This document shows positions 27,543-41,123 of a stretch of DNA of 64,000 nt, one piece after another. The translations under genes and the position numbers were made by a program. Under the pieces are notes generated by a model. It was not told where the DNA came from, searched no databases, and was given only the letters and a program-made list of their open reading frames with translations. The stretch comes from Octopus vulgaris. Taxonomy: Eukaryota. Position 1 is the stretch's first letter, and every line of letters begins with the position of its first letter. The DNA is taken from NCBI GenBank assembly GCA_951406725.2, contig OX597830.1, positions 66,278,001 through 66,342,000 on the forward strand, in the 5' to 3' direction.

Positions 27543-27575
27543 ATATCTATGACAATATCCTCCAGCAGTCAGCAA
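27543..27575 (+). other. Candidate 33-nt exon
   Basis: Acceptor tttttatattacag| with upstream taactgat, and donor caa|gtgagt. Confidence 0.3.
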
Positions 27576-28162
27576 GTGAGTTAGTTTTGTTTGTACTCGA
27601 GGATACTGTTAATATTTTTACATTCGGCTTGGCTCTCTCCACGTCTGTGTACCTATCTATCTATCATCCTACCAGTCTGCTTTGTCGTTCATTCTCGGGT
27701 TGTCAAATAATTACCAGGCCTATATATTGGAATAATCGATATTCGACAGTGTCCCACCTTCCTCCTTTACAAATTTATGGCCAGTGCCAGTGCAAGAAAT
27801 CGTGGTGAGGTGGTTCGTCGGGTAGATGACAAAATCGGTTGCTCGTTGGACCGAATGTTCTGCAGTATTTTGTTTGTTTCTTCTTTTTATGTTTCCGCGT
27901 TCAAATCGCGTCTACGTCCACTTCAGTTTTTATCATTACTGGGTCGATATAAAATATGCAAGTACCACTCAAGTTCTAGTGTTGATATACAATCCACTGT
28001 TTCCTCTTCCAAAAATATCTAGCTTTATGTGTGGGTGGTTTGCCCTGATTTGTGTATAGTTAAGAAGTTCGCCTCAGAAGCTTATGGTTTCGAGTTCATT
28101 CTTCTGTGTGGAACTTTGGACTAATGTCATCTACTATAGTCCAGGCCAACTAATGTCTTGTC

Positions 28163-28230
28163 GGCGGAGGTAGACATTCCCTAACCCTAAACGCCGAAAA
28201 CGGGTGGTGTGCGTATTCTTTACCTTCGCC
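28163..28230. mobile_element. Tiny (68 bp) Merlin-like MITE with ccctaaccctaa
   Basis: TIRs ggcggaggta / taccttcgcc. Decayed 8-bp TSD gtcttgtc / gccttggg of the host SINE sequence gccttgtg. Confidence 0.5.
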
Positions 28231-28257
28231 GCCTTGGGAGTCAGGTACATAGGGAAT

Positions 28258-28722
28258 ATCATCATCATCGTTTAACATCCGCTTTCCATACTGGCATGGG
28301 TTGGACGGTTTGTCTGAAGACTGGCGAGCCAGAAGGCTGCACCAGGCAAAGTTTCAACAGCTGGGTGCCCTTCCTAGCGCCAACCACGCTGAGAGTGTAG
28401 TGGGTGCTTTTACATGCCACCGACACGAGGCCCAGTCAGGCGGTACTGGCAATGACCACATTCAAAAGGTGTTTTTTACGTGCCACCTGCACAGGAGCCA
28501 GTCCGGTGACACTGGCAACGACCTTGCTCAAACGTTTTTCACGTTCCACTGGCACATGTGCCAGTAAGGCGACGCTGGCAACAATCACACTCGAATGGTG
28601 CTTCTTTACGTGCCACCAGCATGGAAACCAGTCAGTGGCCCTGGCAACGATCTCTCTCGGATGGTGTTTTTAAAGTCCCACTGGCACGAGTGCCAATCTG
28701 GTGATACTGCCATCAGCCACGT
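28258..28722 (-). mobile_element. SINE family C with ~6 subrepeats
   Basis: Repeated ggtgcttttacgtgccacc...ctggcaacga. Confidence 0.85.
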
Positions 28723-29300
28723 CAGCAATAACATCATCATCATCATCGTCATGATCATTTCACGCATCCTAGAAACTTTTCTGCTAAAGTTTTTTGTATG
28801 CCTGAATGCGCCCTGGTTCAGTATGTGTGTGTTTGTGTGTAAGAGAACTTATGTCTATTAAAAGTAACATTGTACAGACGACACATTTTTATGCCTGAAT
28901 GGTACCTAGTAAGATTAATAAAAAAAAATATATTATTTAGGTGCATTTGTTGTTGTGTTAGTAGTTATAGTAGTGTTTTCGAGTGAAACGTTTTATAGTT
29001 ATTCAAACCTGATAAAGAACCACTGACCTATTTCTTTGCTGTGTGGGGTGAATTGTCGTGAAGGTGTGTGGCTTGGTAGCTAGTGAATTCACCTTACATT
29101 TGTAAGGTCGTGAGTTCAATTACCGGCAACACGTTGTGTCCTTGAGCAAGACACTTTATTTCACATTGCACCAGTCCACTCAGCTGGCAAAAATGAATAA
29201 GTACCTGTGTAAGCTGGTTTATGTGTTTTGACAAGGGGTTAGAATATAGCAGTCAATGGTAAGGTATGGATCAGTGAACTTTGTGTGGTAAACTCTACAA

Positions 29301-29352
<52 letters not shown>

Positions 29353-30851
29353 GTCTATGTCTCTCTCTTATCTGCTCATTCTTCATCCTTTCGTGGGCAT
29401 TAAAAATAAAGTACCCACCTACCACTGAGGTTGATATAATCGACTTGACCTCAACTCTTAAAATTACTGGCTTTGTGCTAAAATAACAAAGAATTATTAA
29501 ATTGGTACTTAAGACAGTGCCCTGGCAGAATTGTTAGCATCTTTGTGTTCTGAGTTCAAATCTTACCAAGACCAACTTTCCTTTTCATCCTTTTGTGGGT
29601 GGTATTAAAACTAAACACTGAGGTTAGTGTAACTGACTTGACCTCTACTCTCAAAATTGCTGACCTTGTCCTCAAATTAGAAGGAATTATAAAATTGATG
29701 TTTGCAACATTTAAAACATAAATTGAAAAAGATTCTTCCATAAAATCACCTTGTGTAGTTTTAATTGAAAACAATTACTTTAAAACAAATAGAATCAGTT
29801 TTGTTATCAAAAGGGTTAACACAATATTTGCTACAGACAAGAAAAAAGCTACTTTAAGTGGGTTGCTAGTGATAAAACTAGCAATTATTGAAATGAGATG
29901 GAATATTTTGAAAGAAATTATAATTAAGATTTAGGAGGGAACTTCTCTGAAGCATGAATTTTTTTTAAATGCATTTTTATGCTTGGAGGTAACATATTTC
30001 AGAGTTTGTTTGAGCACAACTTTTGTCCATTACTGATATTTTTGTTGTGTCTGGGAGGATAATGTAAGATTTTTTTTTATACAATTAAGGAAAAATAAAA
30101 ATAAAAAAAAACAAACAAAAAATACAGAAAGTGCGAAGGGAGCAAATGGTTTCACTGAACAAAAAAAAAATGGACAAGAAACTGTAAATTATAATCTACT
30201 ACTCTTGCATACATACATACATACATACATGCATACTCATCATTATCATCATCATTGCCATCATTCATCATCAATATACTTCATTATGATCATCATCTAA
30301 ATTATTATGATCATCATAGTCATCATCATCATCATTGTTTTAACTTCTACTTTACCTTGCTTGTGGTAGACTTTTCTGTGGCCAGGTGCTCTTCCTGTCA
30401 CCAACTCTCTCCTGTTTCCAAACAAAGAAATATTTCCCCATGGCTGGATATGTTTTCATGGAAGACTAAAAAAGTAAAGTTACCTTCTCGAGTCATACTG
30501 ACTCATAAGGGACGGTTTCCCAGTTTTATGGTGTATATATTCCCCACCTGGATGGGACGCCAGTCCATCATAAGGATTACTCATTTCTACCAGCTGAGTG
30601 GACAGGAGCAACGTGAAATGAAGTGTTTTGCTCAAGAACACAACACGTTCCTCAGTCCAGGAATCGAAACCACAATCTTACAATCATGAATCCAACACCC
30701 TAACCACTAAGCCACGTGCCTCCACTTTTCATGGAAGACTGGAAATGAAAGGCACCACATGTATTGTTGTGACACTCAGTTCTAAACTATCATGTGGCAT
30801 GAAGACAATGAGACGCATGTGCACACAAAAACATGCACATGCATGCACACA

Positions 30852-30886
<35 letters not shown>

Positions 30887-31427
30887 ACACACATTTGTAT
30901 ATACTCTATAGTCTTCATTTAGTTACCCTCTTCTGAATCCATTCTTCACAAGGTTTTGGTTGGCCCAGGGCTATTTGTAGAAGACACTTGGTTCAAGGGA
31001 GACTGACCCTTTAACCATGTGGCTGGGAAGAAAACTTTTTGACCACATATCCAGCTTTTGCAAGGTTTTTATTGCTGGATGCTATTCATAATATCAATCA
31101 TTTTATAGAGTATGCTCTTTGCTTTTGTTAGGGCCCTAACACAAGTGGGGTTACAGAGTAATGTGTAAAACAAGATCCCTTCACAGAGTGTGGGTGTATT
31201 ATTAACAGGTCAATTCATTCGGCTAAAGATTCTTCAAGGCAGTGCCCCAGCATGGCTGTAGTCTAATGACTGAAAGAAGTAAAAGAGAAGATATATACAG
31301 ACACACACACACAAAAAAACACATACACACATATGCATACTTACACGCATGCTCAAAAACACATACATACATACATAAACACACATACATATATGTACAC
31401 ACATTCATATATATATATATATATATA

Positions 31428-31729
31428 TCATGTGACCGACCAGACCATCAGATGTTGCTACACATCGCTGGTCACAATGCGTTCGCATTGTTTTTAGCCT
31501 TCGAATGACGCCACCCCGCTGGCTAAGCGAGCAGGCCAACAGAAGAAAGAGTGAGAGAAAGAGTGGTGAAAGAGTACAGCAGGGATCACCACCACCCCCT
31601 GCCAGAGCCTCGTGGAGCTTTTAGGTGTTTTCGCTCAATAAACACACACAACGCCCGGTCTGGGAATCGAAATCGTGATCCTACGACCGCGAGTTCGCTG
31701 CCCTAACCACTGGGCCATTGCACCTCCAC
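31428..31729 (-). mobile_element. SINE family D head with a different tail
   Basis: Same tRNA head and body; unrelated 3' part. Confidence 0.8.
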
Positions 31730-31759
31730 ACACATATATATAAAACTATTAATCCCTAC

Positions 31760-31893
31760 ACATTTTCTTTTCTCCCATTTTTTGTCCTCTTACTCCTTTC
31801 TGTTGAAGAGCATAGGCTCACAACACCAAAAACTTTTCCATTCTTCCCAAGTGTTCCTTCACCTGTCTTTGTCTTTTGTTTTCTGTAAATCTG

Positions 31894-31897
<4 letters not shown>
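31760..31897 (+). mobile_element. Decayed copy of the CTGTNGA hammerhead mini-element
   Basis: ctttCTGTTGAagagcataggctc..., then tail cacctgtctttgtcttttgttttctgtaaatctgaac followed by (TA)n. Confidence 0.6.
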
Positions 31898-31936
<39 letters not shown>

Positions 31937-32029
31937 AATCCAAACAAGAAAACACAAAAAAACAGCAACGTGAGGATGTGGAACAAATATTGTATTATTG
32001 GACGCTCAGGAAAGAAGGGAAGAAGGAGG

Positions 32030-32064
32030 GTTTAACGTTTCGAGCGGAGCTCTTCGTCGGAAAC
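32030..32064 (-). ncRNA. Minimal hammerhead-like motif (CCGACGA family)
   Basis: Minus strand: gttt-CCGACGA-a-gagc(tcc)gctc-GAAA-cg-TT-aaac. Confidence 0.65.
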
Positions 32065-32418
32065 ATAGGAGAAGGAAAGATCCCGAGAAGGGAAGACAGA
32101 GGAAAGAAAATTGCTGGCGGTGCTAGGAGGGGTATTGGCATGAGGAAGGGCATGCCAAATCAGACTGGAGTCTGATGCAACCCCTCAGCTTACCAGCCCC
32201 CCCCCCGGTCAAAGTGTCCAACCCATGCCAGCATGGACAACAGACGTTAAATGAGGATAATGACGACGATGATGAGGATGATGATGATGATATATATATA
32301 TAGATATATAGTTAATCCAAACAAGAAAACACAAAAAAACCCCAAAAAACACAACAACGCGAGGACGTGGAACAAATATAGTATTATTGGATGCTCAGGG
32401 AAGAAGGGAAGATGGAGG

Positions 32419-32453
32419 GTTTAACGTTTTGAGCAGAGCTCTTCGTCGGAAAC
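32419..32453 (-). ncRNA. Second copy of the CCGACGA hammerhead-like motif (GAAA decayed to AAAA)
   Basis: Near-identical to 32030-32064, within a repeated ~170-bp element. Confidence 0.5.
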
Positions 32454-32490
32454 ATAGGAGAAGGAAAGATCCAGAGAATGGAAGACAGAG

Positions 32491-32534
<44 letters not shown>

Positions 32535-32642
32535 GAATTATACTTAGTTCAAGTAGTGATGGAGTGAAGTATCAGACTAAAGGAATCTACAGCATGCATT
32601 AAGTACTTTGTTAATTTGTTTGTAAATCCAAAAGTGATATGT

Positions 32643-32768
32643 ACACACACACACACACAGACACACACAGACACACACACACAAACACACATGCACACAC
32701 ATGCACACACATGCACACACACACACACACACACACGCACACACGCACACACACACATGCACACACAT

Positions 32769-32839
<71 letters not shown>

Positions 32840-32917
32840 CACACACACGCACACACATGCACACACACACGCACACACATACACACACGCACACACACAC
32901 ACACACGCACACACACA
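32643..32917. repeat. Imperfect (CA)n microsatellite
   Basis: Direct reading. Confidence 0.95.
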
Positions 32918-34571
32918 TTCCTTTTAAACTTTACTTCTTCATTCCTAGCACCGGTTTGCATGAATTACTTATTGCATGTTTGGCTCTGTTTTTAAAGAAT
33001 TGATTAGCTTCGTGGTTGACTTGGTTCGGTGCATTTCCTAACCAACATGCATGATCGGTGATGTGAAAGCTGTTAGTTAAATTAAGCTGGTTTATGTGTT
33101 TTGACAACGGGGTTAGAATATAGCAGTCAATGGTAACGTAAGAATCAGTGAACCTTGAGTGCTAAACTCTACAACTCTCTCTCTCTCTCTCTCTCTCATC
33201 TGCTCTTGTTTATCTATTCTTATATCTTTATCATAATACAGACTCAGTTCACTTATGTAAGCCTTCTCTCTTTCTTGCTTCTGTTGTATTTGTAGCAGCA
33301 GTGGCAAAGTGGCGGCACAATGGCCCAGTGGTGCTTTTTACATGCCACCGGCATGAGGGCCAGGCGAGGCTGGCAATGGCCACGATTGGATGGTGCTTTT
33401 TATGTGCCACCGGCATGAGGCCAGTCGGGGCAGCGCTGGCAACGGTGGTTAGGGCAGTGGACTTGCGGTCAGAGGATCGCGGTTTCAATTCCCAGACCGG
33501 GCGTCGTGTGTGTTTATTGAGCGAAAACACCTAAAGCTCCACGAGGCTCCGGCAGGGGGTGGGTGGCGACCCCTGTTGTACTCTTTTGTCCCAACTTTCT
33601 CTCACTCTTTCTTCTTGTTTCTTGTCCTCCCCGACTTCCTACGCAACCGCTGAGCTCTGGATGCGCATTCATCCATCCGTCGATGCTCTTGGTGTCGGGG
33701 GTTGACCTGCTTTCTCTTCTGCTGGTCTTACAAATAGCAAAGGACCACGTTTCGGACTTCTCCCAAGGCACGATCTTGCAAGCTCTGGGATGAAGACTGC
33801 TTCGCTCAACAAACAAACAAACAAACAAGCAGCAGCAGCAATAACAGCAGTAATTGTTATTGTTTAGGCTCCACATCAATGATCATAGTTATTCCAGCCT
33901 TGACTAACCCATCTTTTTCTCAGGAATTGTGTACACTGGTTTTCATTTATTTATTTATTTTTATCATGAGGGCTGGGTCTCGCATTGTTGGAACGCAATG
34001 GCACATGAGTGACTGAAAGTACAGCAATAGCCCTTCCCCTGAACAAGATGCCAGTTCATCATAGGGTTAACTTCCCAGTTTATTCTAGAATTCATCTTAA
34101 AGGAGCACTCGATCGGTTGCGACGACGAGGGTCCCAGCTGATACGTTCAACGGAACAGCTTGCTCATGAAATAAACAAGCAAGTGGCTGAGCACTCCACA
34201 GACACGTGTACCCTTAACGTAGTTCTCGGGGAGATTCAGTGTGACACAGAGTGTGACAAGGCTGGCCCTTTGAAATACAGGTACTACTCATTTTTTGCCA
34301 GCTGAGTGGACTGGAGCAATGTAAAATAAAGTGTCTTACCCAAGGACACAACACGCTGCCGGGAATTGAACTCACGACCTTACGGTTAAAGCAGAAATAT
34401 TGTGTGTTAGGATCATGAGCAGTTTCAGGCAGGTTGGTATCGAAAGACTTAAAGAATTAAAGTTGGGTGTGGTTTTTGAGTGATTTTGGTTACTGTTTCC
34501 ATAGCGCTTACTCTGCAATTTGCTCATGATAAGATATGAATCACTGAAATTCGTGTTACAAGTCTATGACT

Positions 34572-34980
34572 CATCATCATCATCATCATCATCATCGTTT
34601 AGCATCCGCTTTCCATGCTAGCATGGGTTGGATGGTTCAACAGGGGTCTGGGAAGCCAGAAGGCTGCACCAGGCCCAGTCTGATCTGGCAATGTTTCTAC
34701 GGCTGGATGCCCTTCCTAACGCCAACCACTCCGTGAGTGTAGTGGGTGCTTTTTACGTGCCAGACGAGGCTGGCAAATGGCCAGTCGGATGGTACTTTTT
34801 ACGTGCCACCGGCACGAGGGCCAGGCGTGGCTGGCAACGGCCACGATCGGATGGTGCTTTTTACGTGCCACCGGCATGAGGCCAGTCGGGGCGGCACTGG
34901 CAACGGCCACGTTCGGATGGTTCTTTTACGTACCACCGGCACTGGTATCACAGCTGCAATTTCCATTGATGTTGATTGAT
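34572..34980 (-). mobile_element. SINE family C
   Basis: Family tail and subrepeats; a near-identical partial copy lies at 35690-35828. Confidence 0.85.
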
Positions 34981-35822
34981 ATCGATGACTCCTCTATTGT
35001 ATTTTTTTTTATTCATTTGCATACATTTAAAAATTTATTTTTTTGTTTGTTTGCTTTGTATTTTCATTACAAGCCCATTGACTCATCTCTGTCCATTCTG
35101 TTGCTTTAACAGCAGCAACAACAACAACAGCAGTATTTGAGTCTTAAGCAGCCAACAGTATTCATTATATTAAATATTCTGCTACAGATTTATCACCTGA
35201 TCTGAAAAATTTTTTCTTTGCTGTGGTTTTGTATCTTTTACTTTTTATTTGTTTCAGTTCTTAGACTACGACCATCCTGGAGCACTGGGTTGAAGAGTTT
35301 TTAGTCAAATGAATGAATAGCTCCCAGGACTTAGAATTTTCTATTGTTCAACCTGGTACCTATTCCATCGGTCTCTTTTGCTGAACTGCTTATTTATTTT
35401 ACTGATCCTGAAAGGATGAAAAAGCAAAGACGACCTTTGTGGGATTTGAACTCAGATAGTAAAGATAGATGAAATGCCGCTAAGCATTTTGGCTAAAAGA
35501 AGATACTGTCCTTCACAATCTTTCTACCTATTAGATGGCCAGTCAGAATTTTCTCCAAAATTAAAAGAGAAAGAGAAAAACATACATACATACCACTCAC
35601 TCTCACACACACACACACACATGTAGATACATTCACTCATACATAAATACATGCATGCATGTATCTATACATATATACTTACATACACACACGATCGGAT
35701 GGTGCTTTTTACATGCCACCGGCACGATGCCAGTCGGGGCAGTGCTGGCAACGGCCACGTTCGGATGGTTCTCTTACGTACCACCGGCACTGGTATCACA
35801 GCTGCAATTTCCATTGATGTTG

Positions 35823-35880
<58 letters not shown>

Positions 35881-35940
35881 ATATATATGAAAAAACAAGT
35901 CAAGATAGAAAATGCTAAACTAATTTTACAAAGAATATTT

Positions 35941-35976
35941 CAGTACCAGTTTCAGTCATTGAGACTTTTTCAACTG
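35941..35976 (-). ncRNA. Minimal hammerhead with compensatory U3-A8 core
   Basis: Minus strand: cag-TTGAAAA-agtc(tcaat)gact-GAAA-ctgg-TA-ctg. Confidence 0.65.
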
Positions 35977-36820
35977 TAACAATTAAATAATTAAATTTAG
36001 AAAAATTAAAAGAAAAGTTTTTTTAAAAGAATATTTGTATAGTGTTCAAATATAATTGGCATTTTCATTGTTTCTGCCTTGTTTTTTCATATATATCAAC
36101 TCGTGTGTTCCTTTTCATCCTTATACATATATATATATAATTTAAACTGGTTGTTTGCATATCTGCATATATATGTATGTATACGTTCATATATATAAGT
36201 ATTCGTATGTTGTGTATATATATTTGTATTTATGTGCTGTGTATATTCCACTGATGAGGCAAAGCATTTCTTATGCAGAGCCAGCAGTCCGGGATCTGGA
36301 GTTATCCAGTAACATTTTGCTAGTTTATTTTGTTTTTTTTTTGTCTTCTCTCCCGGTGCTGTATGAACAGTTAATGTGGTTTTAGAGTCAAGTTTTACAT
36401 ACATACACATATACTCACACAGAGTTGAAACGCTGTTTGATTTTTTTCGCGGTAGGACTTCCATCATCCCACTACCAAGTTTGTCATCACCCTTTCCTTC
36501 CTTGTTCATCTCTCACCCCTTCCTTTCTCATTCATATGTTGTGATGGAAAAAAAAAACACAAGGGTGTTATTATAGTAGATTTTAAAAAATGTTCCATCA
36601 GTTTCACATTAATTTATATTCCAATCACTAGCTTAATAATGGTAGTTATTTTAATAAATTCTTCGTTATTTTCAAAATTAATTGGAAAAAAAACATCCCC
36701 AAAATTGCAATAAATTTCAATGTGAATGCTGTAACAAACGATTAATATTATCAGGGTCAGTACTGATATCAATTTAAACAATCAGGCTCCATCTGATATA
36801 AAAACATGCAAATCTTGTAT

Positions 36821-37211
36821 CTCTTTTACTCTTTTACTTGTTTCAGTCATTTGACTGCGGCCATGCTGGAGCATTGCCTTTAGTCGAGCAAATCAACCCC
36901 AGGACTTATTCTTTGTAAGCCTAGTACTTATTCTATCGGTCTCTTTTGCCGAACCGCTAAGTTATGGGGACGTAAACACACAAGCATCGGTTGTCAAGTG
37001 ATGTTGGGGGGACAAACACAAACACATAAACACACACACACATATATACGACGGGCTTCTTTCAGTTTCCGTCTACCAAATCCACTCACAAGGCTTTGGT
37101 CGGCCCAAGGCTATAGTAGAAGATACTTGCCCAAGGTGCCACGCAGTGGGACTGAACCTGGAACAATGTGGTTGGTAAGTAAGCTACCTACCACACGGCT
37201 ACTCCTGCGCC
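36821..37211 (-). mobile_element. SINE family A
   Basis: Full-length homologue. Confidence 0.9.
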
Positions 37212-37267
37212 TAGAGAAAAATATGGAACTCTTCACGAATTTGCGTGTCAAGATAAATATCAAATCA

Positions 37268-37608
37268 AAATTATAGTTGTGATACCTGTGTTGGTGGCAC
37301 GTAAAAAGCACCATCCGAACGTGGCTGATGCCAGCGCCGCCTTGACTGTCTTCTGTGCCGGTGGCACATAAAAAGCACCAACCGATTGTGGCCACTGCCA
37401 GCCTCCCCTGACACCTGTGCTGGTGGCATGTAAAAAGCACCCACTTACACTCACGGAGTGGTTGGCGTTAGGAAGGGCATCCAGCTGTAGAAACACTGCC
37501 AGATCAGACTGGAGCCTGGTTCAGCCTCCTGGCTTCCCAGACCCTGGTTGAACCGTCCAACCCATGCTAGCATGGAAAACAGACGTTAAATGATGATGAT
37601 GATGATGA
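37268..37608 (+). mobile_element. SINE family C
   Basis: Family tail and subrepeats. Confidence 0.85.
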
Positions 37609-37967
37609 TAGCCACATTTGTGCCCAGTTTCTGTGATGCCGAAAGATGGTAAATGGTAATATGTAGTCCTTCACCAATAATCATATGGATGTTGTGATGT
37701 GAATCAACCAATGATCTTTTAAATTGTATGGTTTATCCTTGAATCGGATTGGAAAGGTTGCTGTTGTTATTACTGTTTTTGTTGTTGTTGTTGCTGCTGC
37801 TGCTGCTACTGTTGTTGTTGTTGTTGTTGTTGTTGAGTAGCCCCAATCAGCTTTGCTTAAGTAGTCTTATAATCATGGAAGTAGCTGACTAGAAATTCGT
37901 TGATCAGCAATTCTTGTTATGGCCATCCAACATCTGTATGTGCTTTTAGTCAGTAGAAGCTGGGGTT

Positions 37968-38195
37968 GAGGGTGGGTGGTGATGGTGGTGTTGGTGGTGG
38001 TGGCGGCGGTGGTGGTGGTGGCGGCGATGGTGGCAATGGTGACATTGGTAGTGGTGGTGGCAGTGGTGGTGGTGGTGATTGTGGTGATAGTGGTGATAGT
38101 GGTGGTAGTGGTGGTGGTTGTGGAGGTGGTAGTTATGGTAGTGGTGGTGGTGTTGGAGGTGGTGTTGGAGGTGGCGGTGGTGATGATGATGGTGT
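37968..38195. repeat. Degenerate (GGT)n trinucleotide tract
   Basis: Direct reading. Confidence 0.92.
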
Positions 38196-39336
38196 CTTGT
38201 GTAGGTAAGAGTATGGGAAGGGATTACCTGGAGTGGGATGATATTCCATGCAAAATACTGAAGGTTATTAATTATTGGAGAGTGTATGCGCAGAAGTGAG
38301 TTCCAAACACAAAGATCTATAAAAAAAAAAATGGAAAAAAAAAAAACACAAGCCAATGATGGTGTCTCTATGTGTTTGTTTTAACCAGCTAGAAATAACA
38401 GCTAAATTTTCCTTGAATGATACTCTATTGTCTCCAAAATAGAGGAAAATGCCTGAAAAATATCGTAAAAGAAAGTAGAACAAAACAAAACAAAAAAACT
38501 GGATGGTTGGAAGGCCTTCAATAAAAGGTCTGCTTGATCAAGTCTAACCTGGAGTTAAACAATCTCTAGTGATTTAGGAAATGGTTAAACATCGCCATTG
38601 TCATCATCATCATCATCATCTTTGTCTTCAGCATCGTTGTTGTCGTTGTCATCGTCATCATCATTATCATCATCATCATCATCTTTTAACATCTTTCTTA
38701 TATGCTGGCATGAGTCGGATGGTTTGACAGGATTTGGTGGATCAGAGGAACGGATCATGCTTCAAAGTTTGCTTTGGCATAGTTTCTGTGACTGGATGCC
38801 CTTCTTAATGCCCAACCACTTATGGAGTGGACTAACATAGTGAAGAATCTCAATAGTTTTTCTTTAACTTTCATCTCTTACTTATTTCATTCATTCATTC
38901 ACCTGTGGCAATGTTTGGGCACCAACTTGAAAGATTTTGTTAAACTAATCAATCCCACTAATTGTTCTTTTTTAAAGCCTAGTATTTAGTCTATCAGTCT
39001 CTTTTGCCAAACCACTAAGTTCGTCGTTTGTTTAATGTCCGCTTTCCATGCTAGCATGGGTTGGACGATTTTGACTGAGGGCTGGCTGCACCAGGCTCCA
39101 ATATAGATTTGGCAGAGTTTCTACAGATGGATGCCCATCCTAATGCCAACCACTCCGAGAGTGTAGTTGGTGCTTTTACATGCCACTGGCACAAGAACCA
39201 GTCAGGCGGTACTGGCAACGACCTCACTCGAATCTTTTTACACATGCCACCAGCACAGGTGCCAGTAAGGCGATGTTAGGAACATAAACAAACCAACATT
39301 GGCTCTCAAGTGGTTGCAGTAGGGAAACACACACAT

Positions 39337-39402
<66 letters not shown>

Positions 39403-39722
39403 GTAAATATACATGATGGACTTCTTTCAGTTTCCGCCTACCAAATCCACTCACAAGACTTTGGTCGACCAGGGATTTAGTAGAAGTAGGACTGAACCAT
39501 GGAATTTTTTCTTATTTTATTCATTTGCCGTTTTTCATTAATCTTCAGTGTGATGCATATTTGAAAGTCATTTTATCACCCATGACATCAACATGGTCAA
39601 GTGTTGAACCAACTGGAGGACCTGTGTATGGATGTTTGACCTGTTAGGAATAACTGCAAAATCTCCCTCAAATTACACCCTAATGTCTTAAAGTAGAACA
39701 TATTAAATGATGCATTCTAGAT

Positions 39723-40625
39723 CAGTGGTTCTCAACCAGGGTCTACCTGACCCTTGAGGGCCCACCTAAGATCTTGTTGTTAAAATTTATGTGCAATAAA
39801 TCAGTTATGCTTTTACACTATACAATATTTTAACAAGTTTCATTTATATATTATTCCTAATCATCATCATCATCATCATCATCACCATCATTTAACGTCC
39901 ATTTTCCATGCTGGCATGGGTTGGATGGTTTGACTGAAAACTAGTAAGCTGGGGAGCTGCACCAGGTTCCTATCTGATTTGGCATGGCTTCTACGGCTGG
40001 ATGCCCTTCCTAATGCCAACCACTCCAAAGAATGTAGTGGGTGCTTTTAACATGCCATTGGCATGGTTACCAGTTATGTAGCGTCGGCATTGACCACAAC
40101 TACAATCTCACTTGACTTCACAGGTCTTTTCAAGCATGATATATTCTTTTCTACACTAGGCACAAGGCCCGAAATTTGGGGAGAGGGGGCCAGTTGATTA
40201 GATCGACCCCGGTATGCATCTGATACTTAATTTATTGATCCCGAAAGGATGAAAGGCAAAGTTGACCTTGGCGGAATTTGAACTCAGAACATAAAGACAG
40301 ACGAAATACCACTAAGCATTTTGCCCAGCATGCTAATGCTTCTGCCAGTTCGCCGCCTTTCAAACATGGTACATCACCAAAGGTCTTGGTCACTTGTCAC
40401 TACCTCTGTGAGGCCCAATGTTTGAACAGTGCTTTTTATGTGCCATCAGCACGGGTACCAGTTATGTGGTACTGGCATCAGCCACTACTATGATTTCACT
40501 TGCCTTGACAGGTCTTCTTAATCATGGCATATTTTCCAGAATTTTTTAAACGTTGAATGGTTATGAGGGTCCATGCGACTGAAATATGAATCAAAGGGAG
40601 TTCATGGATGAAAAATGGTTGTAGA
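39723..40625. mobile_element. Decayed hAT/Charlie-like non-autonomous element with nested SINEs
   Basis: Begins cagtggttctcaacc after ttctagat; decayed right end ...aaaaatggttg. Confidence 0.45.
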
Positions 40626-41123
40626 TAGACAGTGCTTGACAAAAACACTGAATAAGCAGATATCATTTATTAGAAGATACTTGCTCAAGGCACCATGCAG
40701 TAGTACTGAACCCATAACCATGTGGGTTGGGAAGCAAACTTCTTAACCATGTGGACTGATGTAAACATCTTGTCTCTATATACAATATCTTGAAACAAAT
40801 CTCCATGTAGCAGTAATGTAGCAGTAATTTATTAATTAAATTGCTTATCAATTTATTAATTAAATTGCCTATCAAGAATGCATTATAATACAATATGCAA
40901 ATCTGTAATCTAATTTACTTGAGCCCACTATTACTAAGAGCTTAAACGTATTTCTGGACAATGAGTACTCAGTGACTAATGAAATTCCAACACCGGACTG
41001 AAACCAATCCAATTGCCTCCTTCTTTTTCTGACTAAGAAGACAAATTGCACGTTTATACATACAATGTTAGTTAAAGATTTATGATACACACATACATAC
41101 ATACACACACATATAATATAAAT

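Noticed and set aside
37946-38356. Gly-, Val- and His-rich ORFs (also 60578-61066)
   Set aside because: Degenerate (GGT/AGT)n tracts, open in several frames, with no splice or codon evidence.
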